DNA of 64,000 nt from Candidatus Limnocylindrales bacterium. GTDB lineage: Bacteria; Moduliflexota; Moduliflexia; Moduliflexales; JAUQPW01. Under the pieces are notes generated by a model. The model was given only the letters and a program-made list of their open reading frames with translations, was not told the origin of the DNA and did no database searches. The DNA is taken from positions 62,001-126,000 of the forward strand of contig DATMBG010000043.1 in assembly GCA_035559535.1 (NCBI GenBank). Reading direction: 5' to 3'. This document shows positions 28,008-37,998 of this stretch, in pieces (within the stretch, counting starts at the first letter, position 1; each line of letters begins with the position of its first letter). The translations under genes and the position numbers were made by a program.

Positions 28008-28979
28008 ATGAAACGTATTGCGGTATTAACCAGTGGAGGGGATGCTCCCGGTATGAATGCTGCCATCCGGGCCGTGGTCCGGACCGGACTCGATAAAGGC
28101 TGGGAGGTCTTCGGTGTACGCCATGGTTACACGGGTCTTATGAGAGGTGATTTTATACCCCTGGGAGCTCGAGACGTGGGGGGTATCATCCAGCGAGGAG
28201 GTACTATACTTGGCAGTACCCGTTGTCCCGAGTTCAAGACCGAGGAAGGGCGTTTAAAAGCTCTGAACCAGCTTCAAGAACAAAACGTCTCCGGCCTGGT
28301 TGTCATCGGAGGTAATGGGTCTCAGACCGGTGCCCACAGGCTATCTCAGATGGGTTTCCCGGTGATTGGTATGGCCTCAACCATTGATAATGACCTCTAT
28401 GGGTCTGAAATCACCATCGGAGTAGATACCGCCCTCAACATTGCCCTGGAAGCTATAGATCGGTTGAAAGTTACAGCTTCGTCCCATCAACGAGCCTTTC
28501 TGGTTGAAGTTATGGGTCGAGATTGTGGCTATCTGGCCCTGATGGCCGGCATTGCTGGCGGTGCTGAAGCTGTAGTCATCCCTGAGGTGGAAACGGATCC
28601 GGAAACTATAGCCGCCGAGTTACGAGCCGCCTACGAGCGAGGCAAGGCCCATGCGCTGGTGGTGGTAGCCGAAGGGGCCCGGTATAACGCTGAAGGACTT
28701 GCACGCTACTTCCAAAAACATCAGGAACGATTGGGCTTTGAGCTACGGGTGACTGTATTGGGCCATGTTCAGCGAGGTGGAGCCCCGGGCGCCTTCGATC
28801 GGCTCCTGGCTACCCGACTGGGTGCGACAGCAGTAGAATCCCTGGCTCGGGGCGAGCATGGGCGGCTGATAGGCTTGCTTAAAGGGGAAGTTACGGCTAC
28901 GCCGCTGGCCGAAGTGGTTGTCAACAAGAAACTACCGGATCTCCATCTGCTAGAGTTGGCGCGCGTGTTGGCAAAATAA
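28008..28979 (+). CDS. pfkA: ATP-dependent 6-phosphofructokinase
   Basis: TSGGDAPGMN, GGNGS, TIDND, EVMGR, LGHVQRGG. Confidence 0.93.
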   Translation: MKRIAVLTSGGDAPGMNAAIRAVVRTGLDKGWEVFGVRHGYTGLMRGDFIPLGARDVGGIIQRGGTILGSTRCPEFKTEEGRLKALNQLQEQNVSGLVVIGGNGSQTGAHRLSQMGFPVIGMASTIDNDLYGSEITIGVDTALNIALEAIDRLKVTASSHQRAFLVEVMGRDCGYLALMAGIAGGAEAVVIPEVETDPETIAAELRAAYERGKAHALVVVAEGARYNAEGLARYFQKHQERLGFELRVTVLGHVQRGGAPGAFDRLLATRLGATAVESLARGEHGRLIGLLKGEVTATPLAEVVVNKKLPDLHLLELARVLAK

Positions 28980-29237
28980 CCGAATTAAGAGTAAAAGTCG
29001 TATGCAACGATACCTTTTGTGGCCTATCTGACCTGTATCCGGGCCGATGACTGTCCGGATTGTACCGATTGGCTGGGATCATCACTGCGGATGCAGTCCA
29101 GAATAAAGGGAGGAGGTGAGGATTATAAATAAAGATCTGACTCTTTAACTGTTAAAACCATTAAAACTATCGATCCTAAGACAAAGCTATAAACTTGTAG
29201 TCATGTGAACTAAATCAAAAAGGGGAATAGAATAAAA

Positions 29238-29633
29238 ATGAAACACTTTTTAACTCTTAGTTTAGTCACCCTATTGGGGTTGGCCCTCAGTGGGGCTATT
29301 CTGGCCCAACCCACCACTCAGGAATCCCAACCTTCTGGACAATCTAGAGGAATGATGATGGACCAGGGGATGATGAGGGATATGGGAACGATGATGGGGG
29401 CCATGTCTTCCATGATGAAACAGATGTCGGAGATGATGAGCAGTGGAAAGATGATGAACCAGGATATGATGAAACAGATGTCTGAATATATGAACCAGAT
29501 GACTCAGATGATGAAACAGATGTCGGAGATGATGAGCAGCGGAAAGATGATGAACCAGGATATGATAAAACAGATGAAAGAACGGATGTCAGAGATGCAC
29601 AAGGGAATGTCGGAGATGATGAAGCAACAATAA
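29238..29633 (+). CDS. Exported Met-rich protein, paralog of 19421..19885, with internal tandem repeat
   Basis: Signal peptide; MMRDMGTMM shared with the paralog; MMKQMSEMMSSGKMMNQDM repeated with a 96-bp period (29412, 29508). Confidence 0.78.
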   Translation: MKHFLTLSLVTLLGLALSGAILAQPTTQESQPSGQSRGMMMDQGMMRDMGTMMGAMSSMMKQMSEMMSSGKMMNQDMMKQMSEYMNQMTQMMKQMSEMMSSGKMMNQDMIKQMKERMSEMHKGMSEMMKQQ

Positions 29634-29726
29634 GACTGAAGAGCCGGGGGAAGGGGCATCCCTTACAAATCGGATGCCCCGCTATCTCGACTCTTCCTAT
29701 TAAACGAGATGAAGGGAGAAAGTACT

Positions 29727-30113
29727 ATGAGTTATTATTTTAGCAAAGTTTTAGAAATGACTTTCGATGAAGCAATAGCCAAAGTAACAGAAGAATTAAA
29801 AAAAGAGGGTTTTGGTGTTCTTACGGAAATAGATGTCAAGGAGACCCTAAAGAAAAAACTGGGGGTCGATTTTCAGAAGTACCGAATCCTGGGAGCCTGT
29901 AACCCACCTTTTGCCTATCAGGCTTTACAGGCAGAAAATAAAATTGGTACCATGCTTCCTTGTAATGTAATTGTGCAGGAAACTTCTGATGGACAAGTAG
30001 AGGTGTCTGCCATTGATCCCGTGGCCTCCATGCAGGCAATCGAAAATCCTGCGCTAAAGAAAATTGCTACAGAGGTTCGAAATAAATTAAAAAAAGTTAT
30101 CGATAGTTTATAA
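29727..30113 (+). CDS. DUF302-domain protein
   Basis: GFGVLTEIDV, YRILGACNP, IGTMLPCNV. Confidence 0.9.
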   Translation: MSYYFSKVLEMTFDEAIAKVTEELKKEGFGVLTEIDVKETLKKKLGVDFQKYRILGACNPPFAYQALQAENKIGTMLPCNVIVQETSDGQVEVSAIDPVASMQAIENPALKKIATEVRNKLKKVIDSL

Positions 30114-30163
30114 AAAGAGACGCCATCTAGAAGTTAAAATTTTACCGGGAATCTATACGGAGG

Positions 30164-30796
30164 TTAATAACTCCTTCTGGGACCTATGGAACCTATGAAA
30201 CCTCCTGCAGCGACCAGAGCACCTTCTACTAACTTAAGGGGTAATGCTGCAAGCCGCCGAGAAGCCGGTCCGTGCACAACCTGAGCCTCATTCTTGGGGT
30301 CGAATTCAGATTCATGGCAGGGGCATAGGAAAACCTTCTCTTTGCTTTTCCATTCCGTCACATCACATCCCTGATGGGTGCAGATAGCCGAGTACGCTAC
30401 AATCCCCTCGACGGAATGTGCACGGGTCTCTTCAGAAAGTTCTATCGGATCCAGGTGGATAATAATAATCTTGTTAAGACGGGAGCCGTCCTTTACAACT
30501 TTGGTTTTAGGATCCATGGGATAAGCCATCACCTGGGGTCCGCCCAGAGGGAGATCTTTAGGGGTAATAATTTCTCCCTTTTTATCTCCAAAGGCAAAAA
30601 CAAATTGATCCCCTTCCTCAGGAGGCGCTGCGGTGGGACTGGTGGGTTGAGCCAGAGCAGGATCTATAAATGGCAACCCTAAGACCATACCCAGTGCCGC
30701 TTTCAGTAAGGTACGCCGCTCCAGTAATGGATTAAAACAAGAGCAAATCTCACATTCTTCATCCATAAGGCTTACAGGTATAACATTTTTATCCAT
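30164..30796 (-). CDS. Tat-exported Rieske [2Fe-2S] protein
   Basis: ERRTLLK twin-Arg; CTHQGC and CPCHES boxes; GPAxRxL. Confidence 0.88.
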   Translation of the reverse strand: MDKNVIPVSLMDEECEICSCFNPLLERRTLLKAALGMVLGLPFIDPALAQPTSPTAAPPEEGDQFVFAFGDKKGEIITPKDLPLGGPQVMAYPMDPKTKVVKDGSRLNKIIIIHLDPIELSEETRAHSVEGIVAYSAICTHQGCDVTEWKSKEKVFLCPCHESEFDPKNEAQVVHGPASRRLAALPLKLVEGALVAAGGFIGSIGPRRSY

Positions 30797-30984
30797 AATT
30801 CCTAAAATCCTTTTTAGAAAAGATATGGACAGAAATGTTATAAAGACTCCTTTCTTTTCTTTATAAATCCAGAAATACCCTTTAACTTGAAAGAAATTCC
30901 ATAAATGAATTCCGTTATAATCCTAACATTTCTCTCTATCCTATAATCTAGCATAAGTTGGGGTAAAAAGCTATTTTCTTCCTT

Positions 30985-31974
30985 TCATCCCAAAACTTCA
31001 TAAACCCATATCTCTGCTTTTTGATTTCCACGGTGGGAGACTGCAAGGTAAAGGCGATTAAACTGAGGCACGAAAAGTCCTGTACGGGCTCCAGAAGCCG
31101 TTGGAATTTTGGTGACCCTTTCATAGTGGTCTGCATCCTTCTGTTCAAAAACATCGATAAAACCTTCTCCACCTATCCCATATATCCGTCGGTGTATAGG
31201 ATCATAGAAGATATCATCACTATCCCCCACACTGTTTAATTCAGTCACTATCCGGCCTGATTCAGTATCAAAAACGATGAGTTTTGAAGGTTTTCGAAAG
31301 CCAACGAACAGTCGGTGATGGGTTTCATCTAATGCCATGGGAAAGTTTGCTTGAGCATTTTTGAGCGGCCATTTTGCCAGCACCGTGCGTTTTTCTCGAT
31401 CCACTATGGCTATGTGATGGGCCGATGGAATATTCACAAAAATCCTCGGCCCTTGCTTCTCTAACTGGAAGGACTCGGGATGGCCTTCTAGTTGGATATT
31501 CCCAAGGTACTTGCCACTGGCTGCATCTACCAGGGCCAGGGCCCCATCACCGTAGCCGATATAAATAAACTGGGTGGTTGCATCGTAACGAATATTATCC
31601 GCATCATCTAGAGATTTGATACTTTGAAGGAGCTTGAAGGAGTTTCCGTCGAAGATATCACAGGTACCGCTTTGCCCGTTGGTTACGAAAATCTTGTTGA
31701 ATTCCGGAATGAAAGTAACCCCTTGGGGTTCGTACAATCCTGTAATACTATGGGCCGGTTTACCTGCCCGCAGGTCCAGGATTTCCAAGGTATTATTACC
31801 CAGGGCAGCAATAAAGAGTCGTTGGCCTGTAAGATCTACATCCAGATGATCTATACGACCTTCAACATGGGGTAAAGGAATGGTTTGTACCAGTTGAAGG
31901 GGTGGAGGGTTCTGAGCCTGCACTTTGAGAACGAGCAGGATAACCGGAGTTAGCAATAAGTAAAGCTTTTTCAT
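30985..31974 (-). CDS. Exported YncE/YVTN-like beta-propeller protein
   Basis: Signal peptide; GRIDH, PQGV, DADN, GHPESFQLE, NFPMALD, GART. Confidence 0.8.
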   Translation of the reverse strand: MKKLYLLLTPVILLVLKVQAQNPPPLQLVQTIPLPHVEGRIDHLDVDLTGQRLFIAALGNNTLEILDLRAGKPAHSITGLYEPQGVTFIPEFNKIFVTNGQSGTCDIFDGNSFKLLQSIKSLDDADNIRYDATTQFIYIGYGDGALALVDAASGKYLGNIQLEGHPESFQLEKQGPRIFVNIPSAHHIAIVDREKRTVLAKWPLKNAQANFPMALDETHHRLFVGFRKPSKLIVFDTESGRIVTELNSVGDSDDIFYDPIHRRIYGIGGEGFIDVFEQKDADHYERVTKIPTASGARTGLFVPQFNRLYLAVSHRGNQKAEIWVYEVLG

Positions 31975-32460
31975 TCAGGTTTTTAGGCTTTTGCAGTTTT
32001 ATATAATACTTCAGTCCAGAGCAAAACAAAGGGGCCAAAGCCGCTTCCCTCTTCGTAAGAGAGGGTTTCGCTCCCCTCGTCGCCCACAAGGACCTGAAAG
32101 ACAAACGGGGCCGTTTGTCCTACTTAAAGTGTTCTTCTCAACTTGAGAAATACCTCCTGACTGAAAGGACGACCCATTGTTAATTAAAATGTAAGCTAAA
32201 TTTTCAAACTTCCTACTGAAGGATTTCTTAAATTTGTGTAAGAATTCAGGAGTAAGGGTGAGGACCTGCAGAAAGGGGAATCGGGTTCCCTCTTTTCCTG
32301 CTAAGGACAGAGGTTATGTCAGTTTGTTGCATTTCATGGAGTAGGGGGGGAGGTTTCAAACCTGCCCCCACGGTCCCATGACCCCATGAAAGGTATGTTG
32401 GCATCGGGGAATTCGATGAAAAAGTATCCGGATCAGGCTTCCTGATAATCTCTAAAAGGC

Positions 32461-33870
32461 CTAAGGGTTTTCGGTTACCACTTCGAACCCTGCAGCGAGC
32501 CAGGCACTCATCCCACCAACGACATTTGTAATGTGTCGGAACCCTTGCTGCTCAAGAAGGCTTGTAGCGATCGAAGAGCGATAGCCTCCTGCACAGATAG
32601 TTGCAATGGCCTTATCTTTATGGAGTTGAATGGTGTTCTCTACAAGATGATTAAGGGGTATATGGATGGCTTCCTTAATGTGGCCGGCGTTCCACTCCCC
32701 AGGACGCCTTACATCTACTACCTGCAAGGGCATACCTTCTTGGATCCGGGCATTTAATTCGTTAACCGTTATCTGTTCAGTTGTAGTAAGGGGTAACCCT
32801 GCCCTGTCCCAGGCGGATATTCCTCCGGCCAGATATCCTGCGGCATTTTCAAGTCCAACACGTGCCAGCCTGATCCTGGCTTCGCGGACCCGTCCTTCAT
32901 CTTCTGCAACGATGATGATGGGAACTTCTGGTTTGATAAGGGACCCTGCCCATGAGGCAAATTGACCACCCAGACCGATATTAAGGGAGCCTGGAATATG
33001 ACCCGTTCCATATTGGGCGGAGGATCGGGTATCTAAAATTACACAGGTACGGCCTTCAGGTTCTTCCGACCGGTTTCTCATCCTTTCGATTTCTTCCGGT
33101 GAAAGAGCCGGTAGCTCCGGTAATTCATCCAATGAAGAGGGACCCTGGCGGTTTATTTGGGCATCCATGCTGAAATAAGCCGGTGCTTCGGGTAAATCGG
33201 TCGTAACCATTTGTATAAAGGTTTCTTTTGGCATTTCCTTCAAGGCGTAATTGAACCGCCTCTGCTCTCCGATGGTAGAACTTGTTTCGCTTGAAATATT
33301 TCTCCCACACAAAGAGCCGGCCCCATGGGCTGGATAAACCTTCACAGAATCAGGTAATTTTAACAACTTTTCATGGAGCGAATCATAAAGCAGGCCAGCC
33401 AGTTCTCTGGAACTCATCTTTGAGCCAAGAAGATCAGGGCGCCCAACATCTCCAATAAATAAGGTGTCACCTGTAAGTACTGCCTCGGGCTCGTCGGATT
33501 TCTCTGTATCAATCACCAGGATTGAGATGGATTCAGGGGTATGGCCGGGTGTTTCCATGAAGCGCAGAACGACTTTGCCCATCCTGATCTCATTTCCTTC
33601 ATAGACAGGAACGTGCTCAAACTTCGCTCCGGCTTTTGCACCCAGATAAATCTTTGCACCGGTACGTTTGGCAAGCTCGCAATGACCGGATACAAAATCA
33701 GCATGGAGATGGGTTTCAATCACGTGTTTGATCGTCAGTCCCTGTTGCTTCGCTTCCTCAAGATAAATATCTACATCACGTTGTGGATCGACTACAGCAG
33801 CTTCCCCGTCGGATCCTATGAGATAAGAAGCATGGGCAAGACATCCCAGATAAAATTGTCTAAAATACAT
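32461..33870 (-). CDS. MBL-fold hydrolase/persulfide dioxygenase fused to two rhodanese domains (CstB/Blh-like)
   Basis: ETHLHADF, TPGHTPE, GDVGRPDL, PAHGAGSLCG; C-terminal rhodanese ICAGGYRS. Confidence 0.9.
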   Translation of the reverse strand: MYFRQFYLGCLAHASYLIGSDGEAAVVDPQRDVDIYLEEAKQQGLTIKHVIETHLHADFVSGHCELAKRTGAKIYLGAKAGAKFEHVPVYEGNEIRMGKVVLRFMETPGHTPESISILVIDTEKSDEPEAVLTGDTLFIGDVGRPDLLGSKMSSRELAGLLYDSLHEKLLKLPDSVKVYPAHGAGSLCGRNISSETSSTIGEQRRFNYALKEMPKETFIQMVTTDLPEAPAYFSMDAQINRQGPSSLDELPELPALSPEEIERMRNRSEEPEGRTCVILDTRSSAQYGTGHIPGSLNIGLGGQFASWAGSLIKPEVPIIIVAEDEGRVREARIRLARVGLENAAGYLAGGISAWDRAGLPLTTTEQITVNELNARIQEGMPLQVVDVRRPGEWNAGHIKEAIHIPLNHLVENTIQLHKDKAIATICAGGYRSSIATSLLEQQGFRHITNVVGGMSAWLAAGFEVVTENP

Positions 33871-34278
33871 AGTTGTCTCCTTTAACTAAATTAAGGGAAA
33901 CTCCCTCTATGAAGCGAATCCCATTCACTCAAAGAGTCTTTCGTGAACTACGAATTCGCCCTACCCATGAAAAGAAATTCCCCTTCTCAGGATGAGCCCA
34001 ATAAACAATAAAAAAGGATAAATTCCCCTGCCTGCTTGTCCTTTTTACTCCTCACGAAGCACTTCAAATACCGGGGCCGTTGAAGCGCGAAAGATTCACC
34101 TACCTTCCAGAGTACGATGTGAGGATTCACACAACCTCTGGTTTCTCCCGTTTTACCACTTCAATGAATACTCTTGTTAGTGGTTTAAGTTCATTTCCTT
34201 ACTTTATTAAATTACCCTATTAAATAAATAATTCAATTAACTAAGTAAGAAAATTCAGATAATTAGAAGAGATTTCCG

Positions 34279-34307
34279 TTGACGAGATCCAAATAGATGG
34301 TTATACT
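34279..34307 (+). promoter_or_regulatory. Putative sigma70 promoter for leader/tolC
   Basis: TTGACG-N17-TATACT upstream of ATG 34365. Confidence 0.6.
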
Positions 34308-34364
34308 TCAAACCTGTAAAAATTTCTCTGGTAAACCTCTTCGCTCTAAAAGTCTACAAAATTT

Positions 34365-34649
34365 ATGCCGCGGAATTCTAGACCTTACAGATTTCTTTTA
34401 ATAGTAGCTATTTTGCTATTTTCCGTGGGATACCTGTGGTGCTTTCTAAATCCCCATGAATGGAGAGATATAGAGCATAATGATTCTTCTAACTTAGGAA
34501 ACGGCTTCTGTTTTCATTTTTATTATCAGCATCTTCATCTGATGGTCCCCGGAGTATTGGTTTTTATAGTAGTACTTTCTACGATCTCGCTTCCAACCCC
34601 TGGCGAAATCCTTCCCGGTTTTACCTATCCTCTCATCCAGCCACCTTGA
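34365..34649 (+). CDS. Small two-TM Cys/His protein ending LPGFTYPLIQPP; putative regulatory upstream ORF
   Basis: Paralog of 9362..9661; lies directly upstream of a CzcC-like gene. Confidence 0.75.
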   Translation: MPRNSRPYRFLLIVAILLFSVGYLWCFLNPHEWRDIEHNDSSNLGNGFCFHFYYQHLHLMVPGVLVFIVVLSTISLPTPGEILPGFTYPLIQPP

Positions 34650-34939
34650 TCCCTTTGAGGGGAGATACTTATCCCATTTACCAGGGTCCAAAGCCTTCGA
34701 AGAATTAAAATAGAAGTAGTTGTTTTATAACAATCTTCCTGTTTAAAATTAAAAGTCTTTCTACAAAAGAAAGTTACGCTTATTTGCTGTGAAACTATAA
34801 CCTGAAGGGTTGGGAACCCTACCTAGGGTTGGTCTTTAATTGTTTTTTCATAAAAGCACAAAGAGCTCTGTCCTGAATTTTGGAAAGGGAACCCGGATGC
34901 TAATTCCCCGGTATTCCTTCGACTAAATCAGTACAAAGC

Positions 34940-36292
34940 TTGGCGTGTGAACCCTATCTTGTGAAGCGTGTTAAACCCTTTTTTTCAATCTTATTCTCTG
35001 TACTGGTGAGTCTGAACGGTTTGTTGAACGATCCATTACAGGTAATGGGTCAGGAGGTTCCTAAACTCAATCCCACTAAGTCTTATACTTTAGATGAACT
35101 TTTGACCTTTACCATGGAGCATAATCCGGAAATATTGGCAGCTAAGGCAGAAATCGATATAGCCAGGGGAGAGTTGATAACCTCGGGACTCCTTCCCAAT
35201 CCAAGAATTGAGTTTACGGGAAGAAATCAGCGTATTCCGGATGGAGATTTGTCCGGGTTTAATTATGATGTGAACTTAAGCCAGGAAATTCCCCTGGGTG
35301 GGAAAATAGGACATCGCAAACGGGTGGCCCAATTAAAACTGGAAAAAGCCCATTTAGATTTTCAGAATGTGGTTCGGCTAAAAACGGCCGAGGTCAAAAA
35401 AGCTTTTTATGCCGTGTTATTTAATCAAAGGCGACAGGAGTTAATAAAGGAAGTCCTGGAGGTTAACAGGATTATTTTAGATATTGCTAACAAACGCTAT
35501 AAAGCCGGAGATATCCCTCTCATGGGAGTCAATCTGGCCTCTATTGAATTACAGAGGACAACTACGGAAAGTCTAAACCTTCAAAATGAGCTCAGTCAGG
35601 CGAATTCCGAGCTTTTAATGGCTCTGGGGGTTATCCTGGATTCCGGGGGGCCTTCCGGGGTGGAGGGTCTCAAAGTGGAAGGGACCCTCTCTAAGGAAGA
35701 GATTCAGTTTAATCTGACCGAATTAATCCAATTTGCTCTGGCCAATCGGCCGGATTATAAAAGTCTTCAAGTAGCCGTAAAAGCAGCAGAGGCCGATATT
35801 TCCCTGGCCCGGGCAGAAGGAGTTCCGGATATCGAGGTTGGGGGCACTTTTGAGCGAGAGTTAGGAAATGAGCGCCGTATAGGGGGGTTTGTTTCTATTC
35901 CTCTTCCTCTCTTTAACCGGAATCAGGGGGAGATTGCTAAGTCTCTGAGCCGCAAGGATCAGGTAAGCCTGGAATTGGCAGCTTTGAAAAATAGGATCGA
36001 GCAAGAGGTACGAATCGGATTTGCCAAGGTTGAAACCGGTAAGAAAAATCTGGATGTGTTTCAGCGAGGTCTTATCCAACTGGTCCGAGAAAATCTGGAG
36101 TTAAACCGGAAAGCTTTCCAGGCAGGGGAGATTGAATTTCTGGAAGTTGCTCGGGCAGAAGAAGACTTCATTCGAACAAATACCCTCTTTTTAGAAGCCC
36201 TCTATAACTATAATCTGGCTTTGATCGAGCTGGAAACGGCTATGGGAAGTCAATTTACCAGGGCTTTGAGGGGTACCGAAGAGAAGAAATAA
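34940..36292 (+). CDS. TolC/CzcC-family outer-membrane efflux protein (orphan)
   Basis: GLLPNP, SQEIPLGGK, SIPLPLFNRNQGEI; start uncertain (TTG 34940 or GTG 34961). Confidence 0.88.
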   Translation: MACEPYLVKRVKPFFSILFSVLVSLNGLLNDPLQVMGQEVPKLNPTKSYTLDELLTFTMEHNPEILAAKAEIDIARGELITSGLLPNPRIEFTGRNQRIPDGDLSGFNYDVNLSQEIPLGGKIGHRKRVAQLKLEKAHLDFQNVVRLKTAEVKKAFYAVLFNQRRQELIKEVLEVNRIILDIANKRYKAGDIPLMGVNLASIELQRTTTESLNLQNELSQANSELLMALGVILDSGGPSGVEGLKVEGTLSKEEIQFNLTELIQFALANRPDYKSLQVAVKAAEADISLARAEGVPDIEVGGTFERELGNERRIGGFVSIPLPLFNRNQGEIAKSLSRKDQVSLELAALKNRIEQEVRIGFAKVETGKKNLDVFQRGLIQLVRENLELNRKAFQAGEIEFLEVARAEEDFIRTNTLFLEALYNYNLALIELETAMGSQFTRALRGTEEKK

Positions 36293-36388
36293 GGATCAAG
36301 AACCAGGTTTATTCCAGCTGGCTTGATGTGTAGAGGGTAAACTCTTTCTTCCCTTCCATTCAGCCTGAGATGGCTTCGTGTTTCTTTG

Positions 36389-37996
36389 CTATTTGACTTT
36401 GTCAGGCAGGACATTCCGCTCTGCTAATTTTACCAGTTCGAGTTCTTCTTCTTTTTCTTCTGCTTCTCGCTGTCTTTTCCATTCCTGACGGTATCTTTCG
36501 GTGATTGTAACCGTTAATTCGTGCTGACGCTCCGCGGAAATTCCTGCCCCGGTAGAATTCAGGATAAAATTGGCTTCTCCAATATTCTGAATCATTCGTA
36601 ATATCAGGTCGTTAAAGGTACAGTAACTCACTCCCTGGACTTCATAGTCGGTTTCTCTATAAAGACTTATAAAGTCGTACTTTTCACCCAAGGTTTTATA
36701 ATCTGCAATGGCCTTATCCAGAAGTTCCAGGGCTTTTATATAATCGGTATTGGTCCGAATGATCTGAATCTCCTTCTCCGATAATTCCTGCTGTTCCAGC
36801 TCCTTTAAAGTCTTCTCGGCGGATTTAAGGACTCCGATAGGATATTTATTTAATTCTTCTAAAGTGAGTGAGGAAAGGGTTTCAAAAAGTCCATAAAAGG
36901 ACAATCGAATTAAAGCCAGGGCTTTTTGGGTTAAAGTTAAAGTCTCAAAGTGCTTCATTTCTTCCTGAATTTCCCGCTCACCCGGGGTTATTTTTACTTC
37001 CAGGGGCGAATCTGCAGGTTCTTGCTTTTCAATTCTCAGGCTCCGGATTTTTTCGGCTTCGGCAATGGTAAAACTTATTAAAATGTCGTACAGATCTAAA
37101 ATCGACTCTGAAGGTTTAGAAATCTCGATCAGTAACTCGGCCAGTTTCCTGTTATGGCGGATAATGGTGAGGGGATATTTTTCCGCTATAGCCTCGGGGA
37201 TGAGATTGGAGAAACGCTCGATAATTTCATGGGCAAACTCTGCTTCCAGGCCACTTATATTTGTTTCAATAAGATTTAAGATCTGTCTATATTGAGACTT
37301 ATCAAAAGTCTCCACGGATTCAAGGGCTCGAACGGCCAAAGCCTCCAGAATTTTGATCAGAGTTCCTTTGAGCTGCTGAATCTGTTGAGGTTTAACGGTA
37401 ATGTGGGTCTTCGTCATCAAGAGAGCGTCTTCCAGAAATCTTTTATATTGTTCTAATTCCTGTTGGGGGAATTTAGTCTTATTTTTCGCAATTTCTTCAT
37501 AGGTGGTGGAATAAAGTTCTTTGTAAATGCTCAAAGCCTCGTTAAATCGAAATTTTAAAACCTTCACCAGTTTTTGAAGAACTTCATTGTACTCTGTTTC
37601 CTCCATCTCCGGAGAAATTCCAACGTCTTTCATAAGATCCACATGGTGAAGGATATCCGACGTAGGGGCCGTTTCCAGGAAGTATTTACTATTTAAGGGG
37701 GATTCCTTCCCTAATACCTGTTGAATGAAGCCCTTTACATAATCAACCCGGGTGGTAATCAGACCGGACAGACGCTTAAGGATTTTATCGTACGTATTAT
37801 ACGACTCACTCTGGGAGGAGACAGATTCGACGGCTTCACTGAGGATTTTCTTCAATTTTTCTAATCTTGATAATGGATAAGCGTTACAATCCAGCGTATA
37901 TTCGGTTATATCAGGTATTTTTTTAAAATACTCTACGATGTCCTCTGCAGGGAGCTGTTCTAATTTTTCCCTATCGGATAAAGAAAATACTTGCAT
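36389..37996 (-). CDS. Hypothetical acidic alpha-helical protein
   Basis: 535-aa ORF starting 2 nt after the response regulator stop; no motif recognised. Confidence 0.7.
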   Translation of the reverse strand: MQVFSLSDREKLEQLPAEDIVEYFKKIPDITEYTLDCNAYPLSRLEKLKKILSEAVESVSSQSESYNTYDKILKRLSGLITTRVDYVKGFIQQVLGKESPLNSKYFLETAPTSDILHHVDLMKDVGISPEMEETEYNEVLQKLVKVLKFRFNEALSIYKELYSTTYEEIAKNKTKFPQQELEQYKRFLEDALLMTKTHITVKPQQIQQLKGTLIKILEALAVRALESVETFDKSQYRQILNLIETNISGLEAEFAHEIIERFSNLIPEAIAEKYPLTIIRHNRKLAELLIEISKPSESILDLYDILISFTIAEAEKIRSLRIEKQEPADSPLEVKITPGEREIQEEMKHFETLTLTQKALALIRLSFYGLFETLSSLTLEELNKYPIGVLKSAEKTLKELEQQELSEKEIQIIRTNTDYIKALELLDKAIADYKTLGEKYDFISLYRETDYEVQGVSYCTFNDLILRMIQNIGEANFILNSTGAGISAERQHELTVTITERYRQEWKRQREAEEKEEELELVKLAERNVLPDKVK

Positions 37997-37998
37997 GG

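Noticed and set aside
29000-29132. Cys-containing frame (..LTCIRADDCPDCTDW..) after pfkA
   Set aside because: No convincing start or SD and it is short; it may be chance or a relic.
34647-34660. Sec read-through of the leader ORF stop (TGA TCC CTT TGA)
   Set aside because: No SECIS-like hairpin at the proper spacing, and the paralogs have non-Cys residues after PP.
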